Below are positions 53,601 to 62,962 of a DNA stretch of 64,000 nucleotides, piece by piece. Positions within the stretch are counted from its first letter, which is position 1. Each line of letters opens with the position of its first letter. The notes below the pieces were generated by a model, which saw only the letters and a list, made by a program, of their open reading frames with translations, was not told the DNA's origin and searched no databases. This DNA comes from Octopus sinensis (lineage: Eukaryota): contig NC_042997.1 of NCBI RefSeq assembly GCF_006345805.1, positions 57,102,001 to 57,166,000 on the forward strand, read 5' to 3'. A program made the translations under genes and the position numbers.

Positions 53601-56600
53601 AAGTGAAACAGGAAGGAAAAGGAAGAAGAAATGGAGGGGGTGGAATCAGAAGGAAACAGAAGATGGTGGGGGAGAGAGGGAGAGAAAGAAAGAGAAACAA
53701 GGAGGAATAAATAGGTGACAATAATTAGGGGAGTGATGGTAGATAGTTAGAATCTTTAGCATGTCTGATAAAATACTTTGTGTTCAAATCTAGCCAAGAT
53801 TTATTTTACGTTTCATTCTTTTGAGGGTAGGTAATAGGTGCCAGTCAAGTACTGGAGTCAATTTAATTGACTATAACTCATCCTCCAAAATTGAGGCCTT
53901 GTGTTTATGCTTGAAATCAATAATTGTTATATAACAAACTAAATTATAATTTAATTCAAGAAGAAAAAAATTATTAAAAAAATACTGGGATTAAAAGGAA
54001 TTCCTCAGAGTATAGTCATCTAGAAGTTGGTTCTATAATATCAATTTCTTACACGACACAAAGTTATAGTAAATGGTGTGAGCAGTTCACCTATCTTTGC
54101 AATTATTGCTCAACACAGGTTAGGCTTTGCTAGCCATTGCCGTTGTGTTGAAGAGGAGGTCACATCAGTTGCTATATTTTGGAGACTTCCACACTGTAAT
54201 AAAGGATGATGACTATACAAATTTACATTATGAAATCGAAGATCCACCAAACCTAAAGGGGGCAGAGATTCCTAAAACAATATTGTAAGATGTATCTCAG
54301 TTGCAATTGCTTGATAGAATATTAGCCTCGATATATAACTGATATTTATTTATCAATCTAAAAGCAATGAAACTTGACCCTATCAGGATTTGAACATGGA
54401 ACAAAGATATAAAGCAAAAAACTATTCATGTCTGACACTACTGTTTCTTCCCATTTGTCTTTTAATTAGTTTTAAAACATTAAGCATTTGTTAACAACTA
54501 TACTAATAGAACACATCTAAAGTTGTATTTCCATCTGAGGAACCTGCTCAAGAAAATTCTCTTTAAACAAAATCTAATTTAAATTTATTGGCTCATTTCA
54601 TCAAGTGTATTAACACCCACTTAACTATGTTTTTCATGCAACAGGCATCCCTGGGTATTTTCACCTGAAAATTCATTCAAGTCATTATGCCGCTCCATGT
54701 TCATTCATAGTAAACTTATATCATTCCTGTCATTCTAAGATTGGCAGCAAGGATTAGACTATGTTCTGCTGTTGAGGCCTAATAAGACCAAAAACATGTC
54801 ATCTCACTGCAAAAGATCAGACTCACTCTCTGCTGGTTTCTATATCTAACTTATTTCAATTAATTCCAAAGTTATTTCTTTAACCTTTTTTAAAACCTGT
54901 ATTAGTAATTTAGATAATAGCTTATGCTCTTTGTTGAAAGTAGAGTTCTAATTGAAATTTCTTGGCTTACTTGCATGAACTACGTCAACACCTACTTTAC
55001 ATGTTATTCTCATGTGACAAAATATAATACTTGATGAGAAAAAGCCTGTTAGTTTCTTTTTAATGGGAGATGTAAGGCTATTCCTAGAATCTAAAATTCT
55101 ACTGCTTAACTTGGTGAGCACAAAAAAGGGTTCATGTAGGAAAATCATCATCATTATATGTCCATTTTCCATGGTTTGAATGGGTTGTCACAATTCAAGT
55201 TGTTCATATTATGAGCCATTGCTCTCAGTCACTTGCTCATGAGTCATTCTGGCTTGGTCATAATGACTAGATGCCTTTCTTATTGCAACCATTATACAGA
55301 CTAATATTTTTCTGGTGGCACCAGTACTTGAGAAGTTAAGTCTTTGCAAACCTAGAAGAAATTCCCAACCTTACACGTTCTCCACTTGTTTGCTACCCAC
55401 CAGACACATTTTTCATAATTTACAAAATCTACTTTCTCTGTTAATCTACCCAAAGTATGTTCATAGCTTGCATTGGTACTCTGTGTAAAATATCTATCAC
55501 CTCTTTTTCCACACATCAAGTAAGGTAATTTCTCTGATGGGAGCAGAGTCCTATCTGTTTTGCTGTTTACTAACACTTTAGTCTCTGCTAAGTTAACTTC
55601 GAAGCCCTTTAATTACTGGCTTTCCTTCTATCCCTGAAATTTCTTCTCTTATCCTGCTATAGATATAACTATAAGAACAAGATCATCAGCATATTGAAGT
55701 TCCCATGGGCACCCAGTTTTAAACTCCTCTGTCATGGCTTGGCAGCTTTGATAAATAGAAGGGAACTGAACACTGAATAAGAGTGGATCCGTGTACATAC
55801 ATGCATATTTTCACAAAGATAATATCTTCAGAAATCACAAGTAATTGTATGGTGCCAGTGTTTAACTTCAGTTTTCAATCCTAATAAACAAACAAAAAAT
55901 AAATCTCATCCAAGATAGGATGTCTGTTTACAGCAGGATTAACTTCCTCGAGATACAAAGAAACATGTAAAATTGGTTTGAATTTACTAACAAAAATTTA
56001 TCACTTAGCTGACTTTGTATAAAAAAAATTGATCATAAAACGATATGAATATTATTTTTTACAGATATAATGGTTTTATTTCATGTTGGAGAAAAATGCA
56101 TTCTCAATCTTTGATTTGAAAAATCAGAGAACACCCTGTAAATAGCTTGTTTGAATAACATGTAAATATAGTAGATATTTTCCATCAGTATACAATTTTT
56201 AACTGCTATATTTGTGGAAGGACATTAATATATATATATGACAGTAGGAATGAAGATAAAGACTCTCTAAGCACTCATATTCCAAAATGTAAGTTAACTC
56301 ACCTTGTTATCATCAAAGACATTAAAAACAAAACTAGCAAATCTGCTGGGGTCTCCATGAGGGAAAAACTGTTGGTAGATTGCCTGGAATTCCTAAAAGA
56401 AAAAGAAGAAAAAATACATTAAAGAAATTTTAGATAAAATATCTTGCAATAAAATAAACATTAGAGTTGGACAGCCATAAATTTAAGAGGTTGACTTATA
56501 TGATAACATAGTAATAACTGCACATTATTATATCCTGTCATAACAGAAAACCTGTAACAGCTCACTTCACTCAGATTACAAATTGGAGTAACTCCTATTT

Positions 56601-59600
56601 TATGAATGAAGTGGTTAGCAGTAGAAAAGGTATTCAGCAATCATATTGGCAACTGCATATTCATTGAATATGGCGTCCCAAAGATATAAAAATCAATGTA
56701 AAAATCATCAGCAGCAGCAGCAGCATCAACCTAATTTCTATTAGTTCTTCCCAGTAAAAGTCAAACAAGCTTGCTCAAAAGTATTATTTTTCTGTTTCAC
56801 TCTTTTGCATCATCCTACTTAATCTCTCTATATATAAAGCTGAAGTTGTCTGTGTATGGCAGGTTTGGTAGCCTCAACTAACACTATCTCCTCCGAGATC
56901 CTGTGGTGCAAGTTGACCAAAATTGAGAGTCTGATAGAAGAAAGCTTGCTCTTCCTTCCGTAGAAGAAAAAATTCAAATCGGACCATGTTAACACCAAAA
57001 ATTATTTACATCAAAAAGGTGCTTTTTTTCTATTAAAATCTCTATTTTTTACGATTTTTTTACTGCTGTGTCGCCATTTTACGATGTATTTCAACCAGAA
57101 AAATGTTCACTTAAAGAGAATAACAAGCTACATAATGCAAAATTTTTACTTTTCAAAAATTCCAATTCTAAAGGGTTGAAACAAACCCAAGCAATGCGGG
57201 GCGATACTGCTAGTATTTTTTAACATTAAATTTTCCTCAAACTATCTTTTAGTTGTGTGTGTGTGTGTGTGCACGCATACACGCACACATTGCCTCAGAT
57301 TCTCAATTCCTGTTGGAGCCATAGGGGCATATTGCTAGTTTAAATAATGACCTAGTTGGTCATTATTTGAACTAGGTGGAGCCCATGTCTCTTGGGCTGA
57401 TCATAGCCAATTTCTTCCAGAAAGGGAAAGAGAGCTAAGCAAAATGTTGGGGAGAGGAAAAGAAAGTGAATCACAACCCACTCCCACCCAGTACAAGATT
57501 AGTACTTTACCAATCCCAAAAAGATGGAAGGCTAAGTTAACCTTGGCAGTATTTGAACTCAAAGCATAGAGAACAGGAATGAAAAACAGCAAGATACTGA
57601 CAAAGTAGCAACCAAGCCAATTCACCTTATATATATGTGTGTATGTGTAACGGATATAGAACATGTAGAATCAAATCAGTATGATGTAGCTCACGACCAA
57701 ATGTAGTGTGTAGATGTAACGCTTGAAGGTTCTTGTACTGGAGTAACCAGTGAACATCGAAGAATCAATACCAAGAAGGAAGAAATATGAATTTACATAT
57801 ATTTGTTCATTTGCCTGACAAGTGGTTAGAGCGACAGTAGTAATTGTAAAGATAGTGACAAAAAGGTTGGCTCGCTAGTTAGTAGTTGATAGTATAGAAG
57901 TTGCTGTCTACCAATTGAGAGGGAAAGAGTAAGGAATGCACAGTGCTGATGAGAAAGGAAGAAAGGATAAAGGTGGTATTGTCTTTCTTGCAGGCAAAAG
58001 CTTCTCTTCATATGTCGAGCAAAGGATGAAGGGAAGTGCTGCTCTTGGTCATGGCTGATGCAAAAGAGGATGCTGCTCCTTGGTCTGGGTGACACAAAAG
58101 AGGAAGAGATAGGAAATGGTCTCTGTTATATAGACTATGGTCAGTAATGTAGGTTAAACCCTAAACAAAGGACTGACCTTTCCTTGACCAGCACAGGTCC
58201 TTGGGATCAAGGGTTTCCCCATCAATCTGAAAAAGCTGAAAAAGTAGTTTAGATGCTGGACATGCTCTTCTTTCATAGTACTTGTGATGAGTAAGTCATC
58301 AATATAGGCATAGACGAAGTTGAGACCATGAATGACTTCATCTATAAACCTTTGAAAGGGGCTAGTTGTGTTCTGCAACCCAAACGGCATGGAAAAAAAC
58401 TCAAGGGAACTAAAAGGTGTAGTGACAGCAGTTTTTGGAATATCGTCCAGGTTGAGAGGAATTTGATGATATACCCAGATGAGGTCAACCTTGGAGAAAA
58501 TGGTGCATCCATGCAAGGTGGAAGAAAAATCCTGTAGGTGTGTGATAAAGCATCCATCCAGAATTGTGATAGCATTTAACTGCCTGTAGTCCCCACCTGG
58601 ATGAAAATCAGTAGATCTTTTTTGAACTAAATGAAGGAGTGAAGACCAGGGGCTGGTTGAAGAACAAATAAGCCCCAGCTGCAGCATGTGGTTGAATTCA
58701 GCTTTCGCAACCTTGAGTTTATCTGGAGGTAAATATCAAGAACAAGCAGTAGTATTGTGGCAAGAGCCATAAAGGCTAAAGGGAACAGGGCAGAGTTATG
58801 TTCCCTCATTCTATCGTCAGTAGGTTGTGCTTCAATGGCACTTCCATTAGGGATGTATAAAAACCCTAGTCAGACATCCATTCTCTTTTTCTGTTTCCCT
58901 TTCTGGGCAGGCAGCTTGTCAACTGCCAACACAGCTAGGACTGTTAGCTCTCTTTTACTCCAGGCCATGACAACTACCATGCTATGTAGCTAGAGCAATG
59001 CTCACTCTATTCTTTGAGCATGAACCTTTGACCTTCAATGACTACTGGCTTAATTACTAGCCACACTGACTGTCTAAATTCCCTAATGAGGGAACAAACA
59101 GTTTGTACACCTTTTATATTATTTTGCATGCACCTTTGTAAAACATGATGATATAAAATTTGTTACACATAACCTTGTCTGAACATTGTTTGTTGCATAC
59201 ACATAAACACAGCACAACATTAAACAAATGAACCAGACTAATGCTTGACTCTATCCTAAAAGTTGAACTATGATGACAGTGGGATCAGCTGTGGCCATCC
59301 TTTTTTTATTTTTTAGGTATAATTAACTAAGACTATGTTATTCAATGTGTTCTTATTTCCATTTTTTTTTTTAAACTGTAGAGTCTGATATGGCTTCTAT
59401 TTCTAGCAGGATGAGCAACTGTATAGTGGGCTCCTTTGTAACTTTACCAGTTGGATTGTTTTACGTACAATGTTCTGTTAACAGGAATATCTTCAACGTG
59501 TCCTCATAAACAAAATTTTAGACAACAGTAAACTTGTGACGCTTCATAAAATAATCTGTTCTGTGTAATTTGGATTCACTACACATGCTACATAATTCCA

Positions 59601-62105
59601 TAACATTTGCCTTTTTATTTCAGCTTTAACATTGATTAGTAGTAATTGTAGTATTAAATTCGGCTTCAAATGGATAATTTCAGAATCTAGAAATAGTTAT
59701 TTCAAATACTGTTCTTATCTACAAATATAAAATCCTTTCATACAATGGCTTTACAACCTTTGTGTTATTTGTAAAAAAATTTGTAGTGATTTTATTCAGA
59801 GTTTTGACGGAAATAAGTATTGCTTGCCCAGCCAAGTTATTCAAGGGAGTAATTACAATGATTGGCAAGCTTCCTTTTGAAGCTAATCCAGTAAAACCTT
59901 CAATATACATTGGTGATCCCTTAAACTTTTGTTAAAAGTTTAATAGGAAAAAATCTCATGACTAACTCAACAGACGAAATTGTTAGAGAAAGCATCATTG
60001 GCAGCTAAGAAAGCTGGTAATTCCCAACTATTTCAGGGAAACAATGTCACAAACTATGATGTGTTTATTAGTTTTGACTTGAGTTAGCTTTTAATAGTAC
60101 ATAGACTGCCTTTTCTTGGGACAATTCCAGACAACTAGAGAAGTGTGCTTACAAGAATTAAGTAATTTCCTGGCTTGGTGAAAAGCCATTAAGAAAGTGA
60201 GAGTTGACAAATCTAATGTGAACTCTATATTCTACAGCAAGTAACAAACAGATCAAACAATTTGGATATTTCTTCAAGCTATAATGCTTATTATCCTAGC
60301 TAAGTTGGAATAATAGTTTTAAATATTCATCTTTTTGTCTATTGTAGATAGGCAAACATATAGTTAAATAAAGAGAAGGAAAATAAAAAGGTGAAGAAAT
60401 GAAGGGAGGAAGAGATAAAGAGGTGAACAAATAAAGAGAGAAAGATAAAGAAATAAAGAAAGGAAGAGATAAATAATAAAGATAATAGTAATATTGAACT
60501 TATTGTATACAGTGCTCAGGTGCACTACAACTCATCAGAAAAAGTAGCCAAAAGTGTATGAACAGTACATAGAATGATGCACAGGAAGTGAGTTAACCCT
60601 TTCATTACCATATTTATTTTGAGATGCTCTGTCTTACTTTCAATTAATTTTAAATATAACAAAGAATTTAGTAAAATAACTTGGCTATCATTCAGCTAGT
60701 GTTAGGAACATAAATTGTGACTAATGATTAGTGGAAGATTTTAAATCAAAATTCAGGAAAACAAGACTACAGAGCCAGAGGCAGTTTCAGCCGGGTTGGT
60801 ATCAAAAGGGTTAAGGGCCTCAGATGTACTGTTAGTGAATTTCAGGAAATAGGGAAGTTTTGAAGGATCTAGAGTCCAGACAGCTAACAACTGATGTGGG
60901 TAGTTTATTCCATGCTTCAGCAATCCTGAATGTGGAAAAATGTTTCTGAAAGTCATGGGAGCTGTGTTGTTTATTGATTTTGTAAGCAATTCCATGAGTG
61001 TTAGACATATGGAATTCAAAAACGTGCTCAAGGTTGTTGTTGGAAAGATGGTGGATAATCTTGTGGGTATCTACCAAGTCAGTTGTCAGACATCAGAGTT
61101 TTAATGCCTCTGCCCAAGGAAGCCAGATGTTTAGAGTATGGTAGATGCATGACAACAGGTTTCTGAACAGTTTCCATGAAATGATAATCTGAGCAAGACA
61201 GGGATTCCAGACTGGTGTTGCAAAGTCTAAGCGTGGACATACCATAGCCATATACAGTTTAAATAGATAGCTGGAGAGTAGCTGACAAAGGTCTTACTGA
61301 ATGATGCTAAGACACCCTCAGCCTTTTTGGCAGTTTTAGAGATATGGTATGTCCAATGCAAATTACTGTTGACAATAATACCCAGGTCATGTTCACTAGT
61401 GGACCTTTTAGGACTGATGTTGTTGAGGGAGTATGTAAAAGCTGGGTTTTCCCTTTCAAAATTCATGGTGGTGCATTTGTCCACAGCCAGCTTGAGTTTC
61501 CTGTCGGTAATCCTTTGCATGAAAAATGTATAGCATATAGGATCTGTTCTTTTGATCTCAAGGTACAGATTAATGTCATCTGAATATTTAAATACTGTAA
61601 CATTCTTGGCATCTATGTTATTAATGTATGCAATAAACAACAAAGATCCAAGAACAGGTCATTGTGGTACACCAGATGTCATCTCATAGGGTGAAGAACA
61701 TTAGAACTGTGACTACTTTTTGACAGAGAATGAAGGGCTTCAACCAGTTATAAAGGTCATCTTTCATACACATTGCAGAGAGCTTTGCCATAAGTCATTT
61801 GTGTGGCACAGAACTGAAGGCTGTAGCAAAGTCAAGATAGATCACATCCGTCACATGAGCTGTCATCAGTGATTTGGGTGATGTTTTCAAGAAACTTGAT
61901 GAGTTGACCTCTAGAGTTAGGGATAAATCTAAATTTACAGGTAAAGAGATAAAGAATTAAAGACAGAAAGAGATAAAGAGGTGAAGAAATAATGTCAGGT
62001 GGCAGGGAGAGAAATAAGACATGAAATATATAGTTTTATGTAAGAAGAAAACTTACCTCTTTCTTCAAAACTCCACTTGGGCAATCTTTCATGAAATCCC
62101 TATAC
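25011..62105 (-). CDS. NCS1: Neuronal calcium sensor-1/frequenin family EF-hand protein, 5' partial, join(62105-62057,56392-56303,46062-45984,35710-35544,25109-25011); may be a paralogue rather than the strict NCS-1 orthologue
   Basis: Manual spliced translation: (W)[16 protein letters not shown]|[30 protein letters not shown]|[27 protein letters not shown]|[55 protein letters not shown]|[32 protein letters not shown]. It has the NCS-diagnostic non-binding EF1 with CPSG and canonical EF2-EF4 loops. All introns are GT-AG and the phases match. Confidence 0.95.
25379..25714 (+). mobile_element. RTE-tail short element, well preserved, with one ~60-bp unit
   Basis: High identity to 12560-12797, including ccatgctagcatggaaaacggacgttaaacg(atg)n. 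Confidence 0.9.
25851..26021. repeat. (CT)n microsatellites (~25851-25915 and ~25991-26021)
   Basis: Read directly from the sequence. Confidence 0.98.
27207..27772 (+). mobile_element. Internally deleted mariner (Tc1/mariner) element, 566 bp
   Basis: TA TSDs at 27205-27206 and 27773-27774; TIRs ttgggttgtccagaaagttcgtgcc / ggcatgaactttccgtacaacccaa. Transposase N-terminus [15 protein letters not shown] is joined to the C-terminus [37 protein letters not shown]. Confidence 0.95.
29140..29282 (+). mobile_element. Degenerate RTE-tail element; a second short minus-strand tail lies at 29528-29572
   Basis: aagaagggcatctagccatagaaaacctgcctcaacaaac..ggacattgaatgatgat. Confidence 0.7.
29573..29660. 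repeat. (TA)n(GATA)n compound microsatellite
   Basis: Read directly from the sequence. Confidence 0.98.
31950..32720 (-). mobile_element. Old copy of the same RTE LINE family as 11292-12797
   Basis: Minus-strand relics: [25 protein letters not shown] (PHD relic), [35 protein letters not shown]. Confidence 0.75.
33061..34310. repeat. Pair of ~180-bp diverged direct repeats (33061-33238 and 34131-34310) with inner short direct repeats (33295-33317 and 33810-33832)
   Basis: Both outer copies contain atcgccactgttat..gtctctgtgggactggc..ctgactgacattactgactgtgtcagt.cactatttattagtagtggaccag.ccacttctca.ctggggg. Confidence 0.9.
34486..34800. mobile_element. hAT-type MITE (315 bp)
   Basis: Termini cagagattctcaa / ttgagaaccattg; 8-bp TSD acatagat (34478-34485) vs acataaat (34801-34808), 7/8 identical. 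Confidence 0.8.
35544..35710 (-). CDS. NCS1: NCS-1-like exon (167 nt), EF3 and start of EF4
   Basis: Acceptor aatttag|GG GCT, donor TTG|gtatg; EF3 loop [12 protein letters not shown] and [10 protein letters not shown] motif. Confidence 0.97.
37381..37615 (-). mobile_element. tRNA-derived SINE (type A), young
   Basis: Reverse complement of 6706-6942; perfect 17-bp TSD tcataaacatagatacc at 37364-37380 and 37616-37632. Confidence 0.93.
38428..38667 (-). mobile_element. RTE-tail short element, well preserved
   Basis: atcatcatcgtttaacgtccgttttccatgctagcatggg... is the reverse complement of the LINE tail. Confidence 0.9.
41098..41270 (-). mobile_element. RTE-tail short element, older; further old copies at ~48255-48430(-), ~52979-53120(+), ~55145-55330(-)
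   Basis: atcatcatttaatgtctgttttccatgcaggcatggacagtttgacc..cccttcctaatgccaaccac. Confidence 0.8.
42741..42946. mobile_element. piggyBac-type MITE (206 bp)
   Basis: TTAA at 42737-42740 and 42947-42950; termini ccctttag / ctaaaggg. Confidence 0.88.
44381..44757 (+). mobile_element. Composite type B SINE
   Basis: Head gggttcagtcccact, TG-rich middle, tail ctggctgtaggaaatctgtctcaacaaattctgtccaacccatgcaagcctggaaaaatggatgttaagacaatgatg. Confidence 0.8.
45984..46062 (-). CDS. NCS1: NCS-1-like exon (79 nt), [26 protein letters not shown](W)
   Basis: Acceptor ttgcag|GAT, donor GAC T|gtaag; completes the EF2 loop [12 protein letters not shown]. Confidence 0.96.
48585..49090. repeat. Long purine-rich (GA) low-complexity tract
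   Basis: Plus strand is dominated by G and A; this explains the Ser/Leu/Pro/Phe-rich minus-strand ORFs. Confidence 0.85.
49141..49580 (-). mobile_element. Old 3' copy of the RTE LINE family
   Basis: [22 protein letters not shown] corresponds to AVEGTRGRGRPRKTWDEVVKHD of the 11292 copy. Confidence 0.75.
54060..54270 (+). mobile_element. Possible LINE C-terminal fragment
   Basis: [24 protein letters not shown] resembles the LINE motif RL.F.GHC.R..EE; very short. Confidence 0.35.
55350..55860 (-). mobile_element. Old RTE LINE fragment containing the RT catalytic motif and a PHD relic
   Basis: [23 protein letters not shown] (YADD at 55693-55682), [17 protein letters not shown], then a decayed Cys region ([21 protein letters not shown]). 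Confidence 0.85.
56303..56392 (-). CDS. NCS1: NCS-1-like exon (90 nt), [30 protein letters not shown]
   Basis: Acceptor tcttttag|GAA, donor AAG|gtgag; FFP.GDP..FA.FVFNVFD motif. Confidence 0.96.
56823..57213 (+). mobile_element. Non-autonomous Helitron (391 bp)
   Basis: Inserted between A (56822) and T (57214) with no TSD. The 5' end is TCTCTCTATATATAAAG; the 3' end has an imperfect GC hairpin (cccaagcaatgcgggg) followed by CTAG (57210-57213). Confidence 0.82.
58150..59200 (-). mobile_element. Ty3/Gypsy relic: gag C-terminus and reverse transcriptase
   Basis: [70 protein letters not shown]...[18 protein letters not shown]. Confidence 0.92.
60480..61915 (-). mobile_element. CR1/L2-type LINE 3' portion, decayed, interrupted by a MITE
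   Basis: [77 protein letters not shown]; short AT-rich tail near 60480. Confidence 0.85.
60597..60810. mobile_element. piggyBac-type MITE (214 bp, second family)
   Basis: TTAA at 60593-60596 and 60811-60814; termini cccttttcattacca / tggtatcaaaaggg. Confidence 0.88.
62057..62105 (-). CDS. NCS1: NCS-1-like exon (49 nt), EF1 region [16 protein letters not shown]
   Basis: Acceptor cttttacag|G TAT AGG, donor GAG|gtaag; contains the KDCPSG motif. Confidence 0.93.
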
Positions 62106-62507
62106 CTGTAAAAGAAGTAAATTATTAAACAGAGAATCACTATCAATAAAATAACTTTCAAAGATTAAAATAAACATGACAGCAGAATTATTACTAATCT
62201 TATTTACTGACTAATAATTTGCTGAAACCATAACAATTTGATATCACAATATTTGACTATTTTTATCTTTCTTTTCATTTTTTTTATCTAATTATTTACC
62301 TTTCTTATAATCAAAGATACATTTTCATTATGAACAGTATAAACTGTTGGAAAAAGTTTTCTGCCAAACATTGATTAACTTTTTAATATATTTATAGCAA
62401 GCTAATCATGTTCACTGTCAACTTTTCTACTCAGTAATCAGTCTGCACGTATGAATTGTACATTGGTTAACAAAGTTGATTTGCCAGATTTATTTAAAAT
62501 AGGAATT

Positions 62508-62962
62508 GGCATAGGCATTCATTCCACAACCATGTGACTTCAGGTTCAGTCCCACTGTGTCAAACCTTGGGCCAGTGTCTTCTATTATAGCCCAGATCAG
62601 AATAAAGCATTGTGAATGGATTTGGTAAAAAAAACAAAAGAAGCCTCTGTGTGTGTGTGTGCATGTGTGTAAGCATCTGTTGTGTCTGTATGTGTGTGAG
62701 TGTGAACATGTGGTGTGTGTGTGAGATTTTGTGACATTGTCTTTACATTGCGTGCTAAGTTACCATCAAACAAGCAATTTCTTCCTCTGCAATCTCTCAC
62801 AAAAAATTGTCTGTTCATATTTAAAGGACTGTGGGAAATATTACTTTGCTTGGAAAAAGGTGAAGTTTGCTAACAAGAAGAGCATTTGGTCATAAAAATC
62901 TGCTTCCATGAATTCTATCTGACCCACATAAGCATGATAAAATGGGCATTAAAATGATGATG
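62508..62962 (+). mobile_element. Composite type B SINE
   Basis: caggttcagtcccactgtg..ttgggccagtgtcttctattatagc head, (TG)n middle, LINE-like tail ending aaaatgatgatg. Confidence 0.8.
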
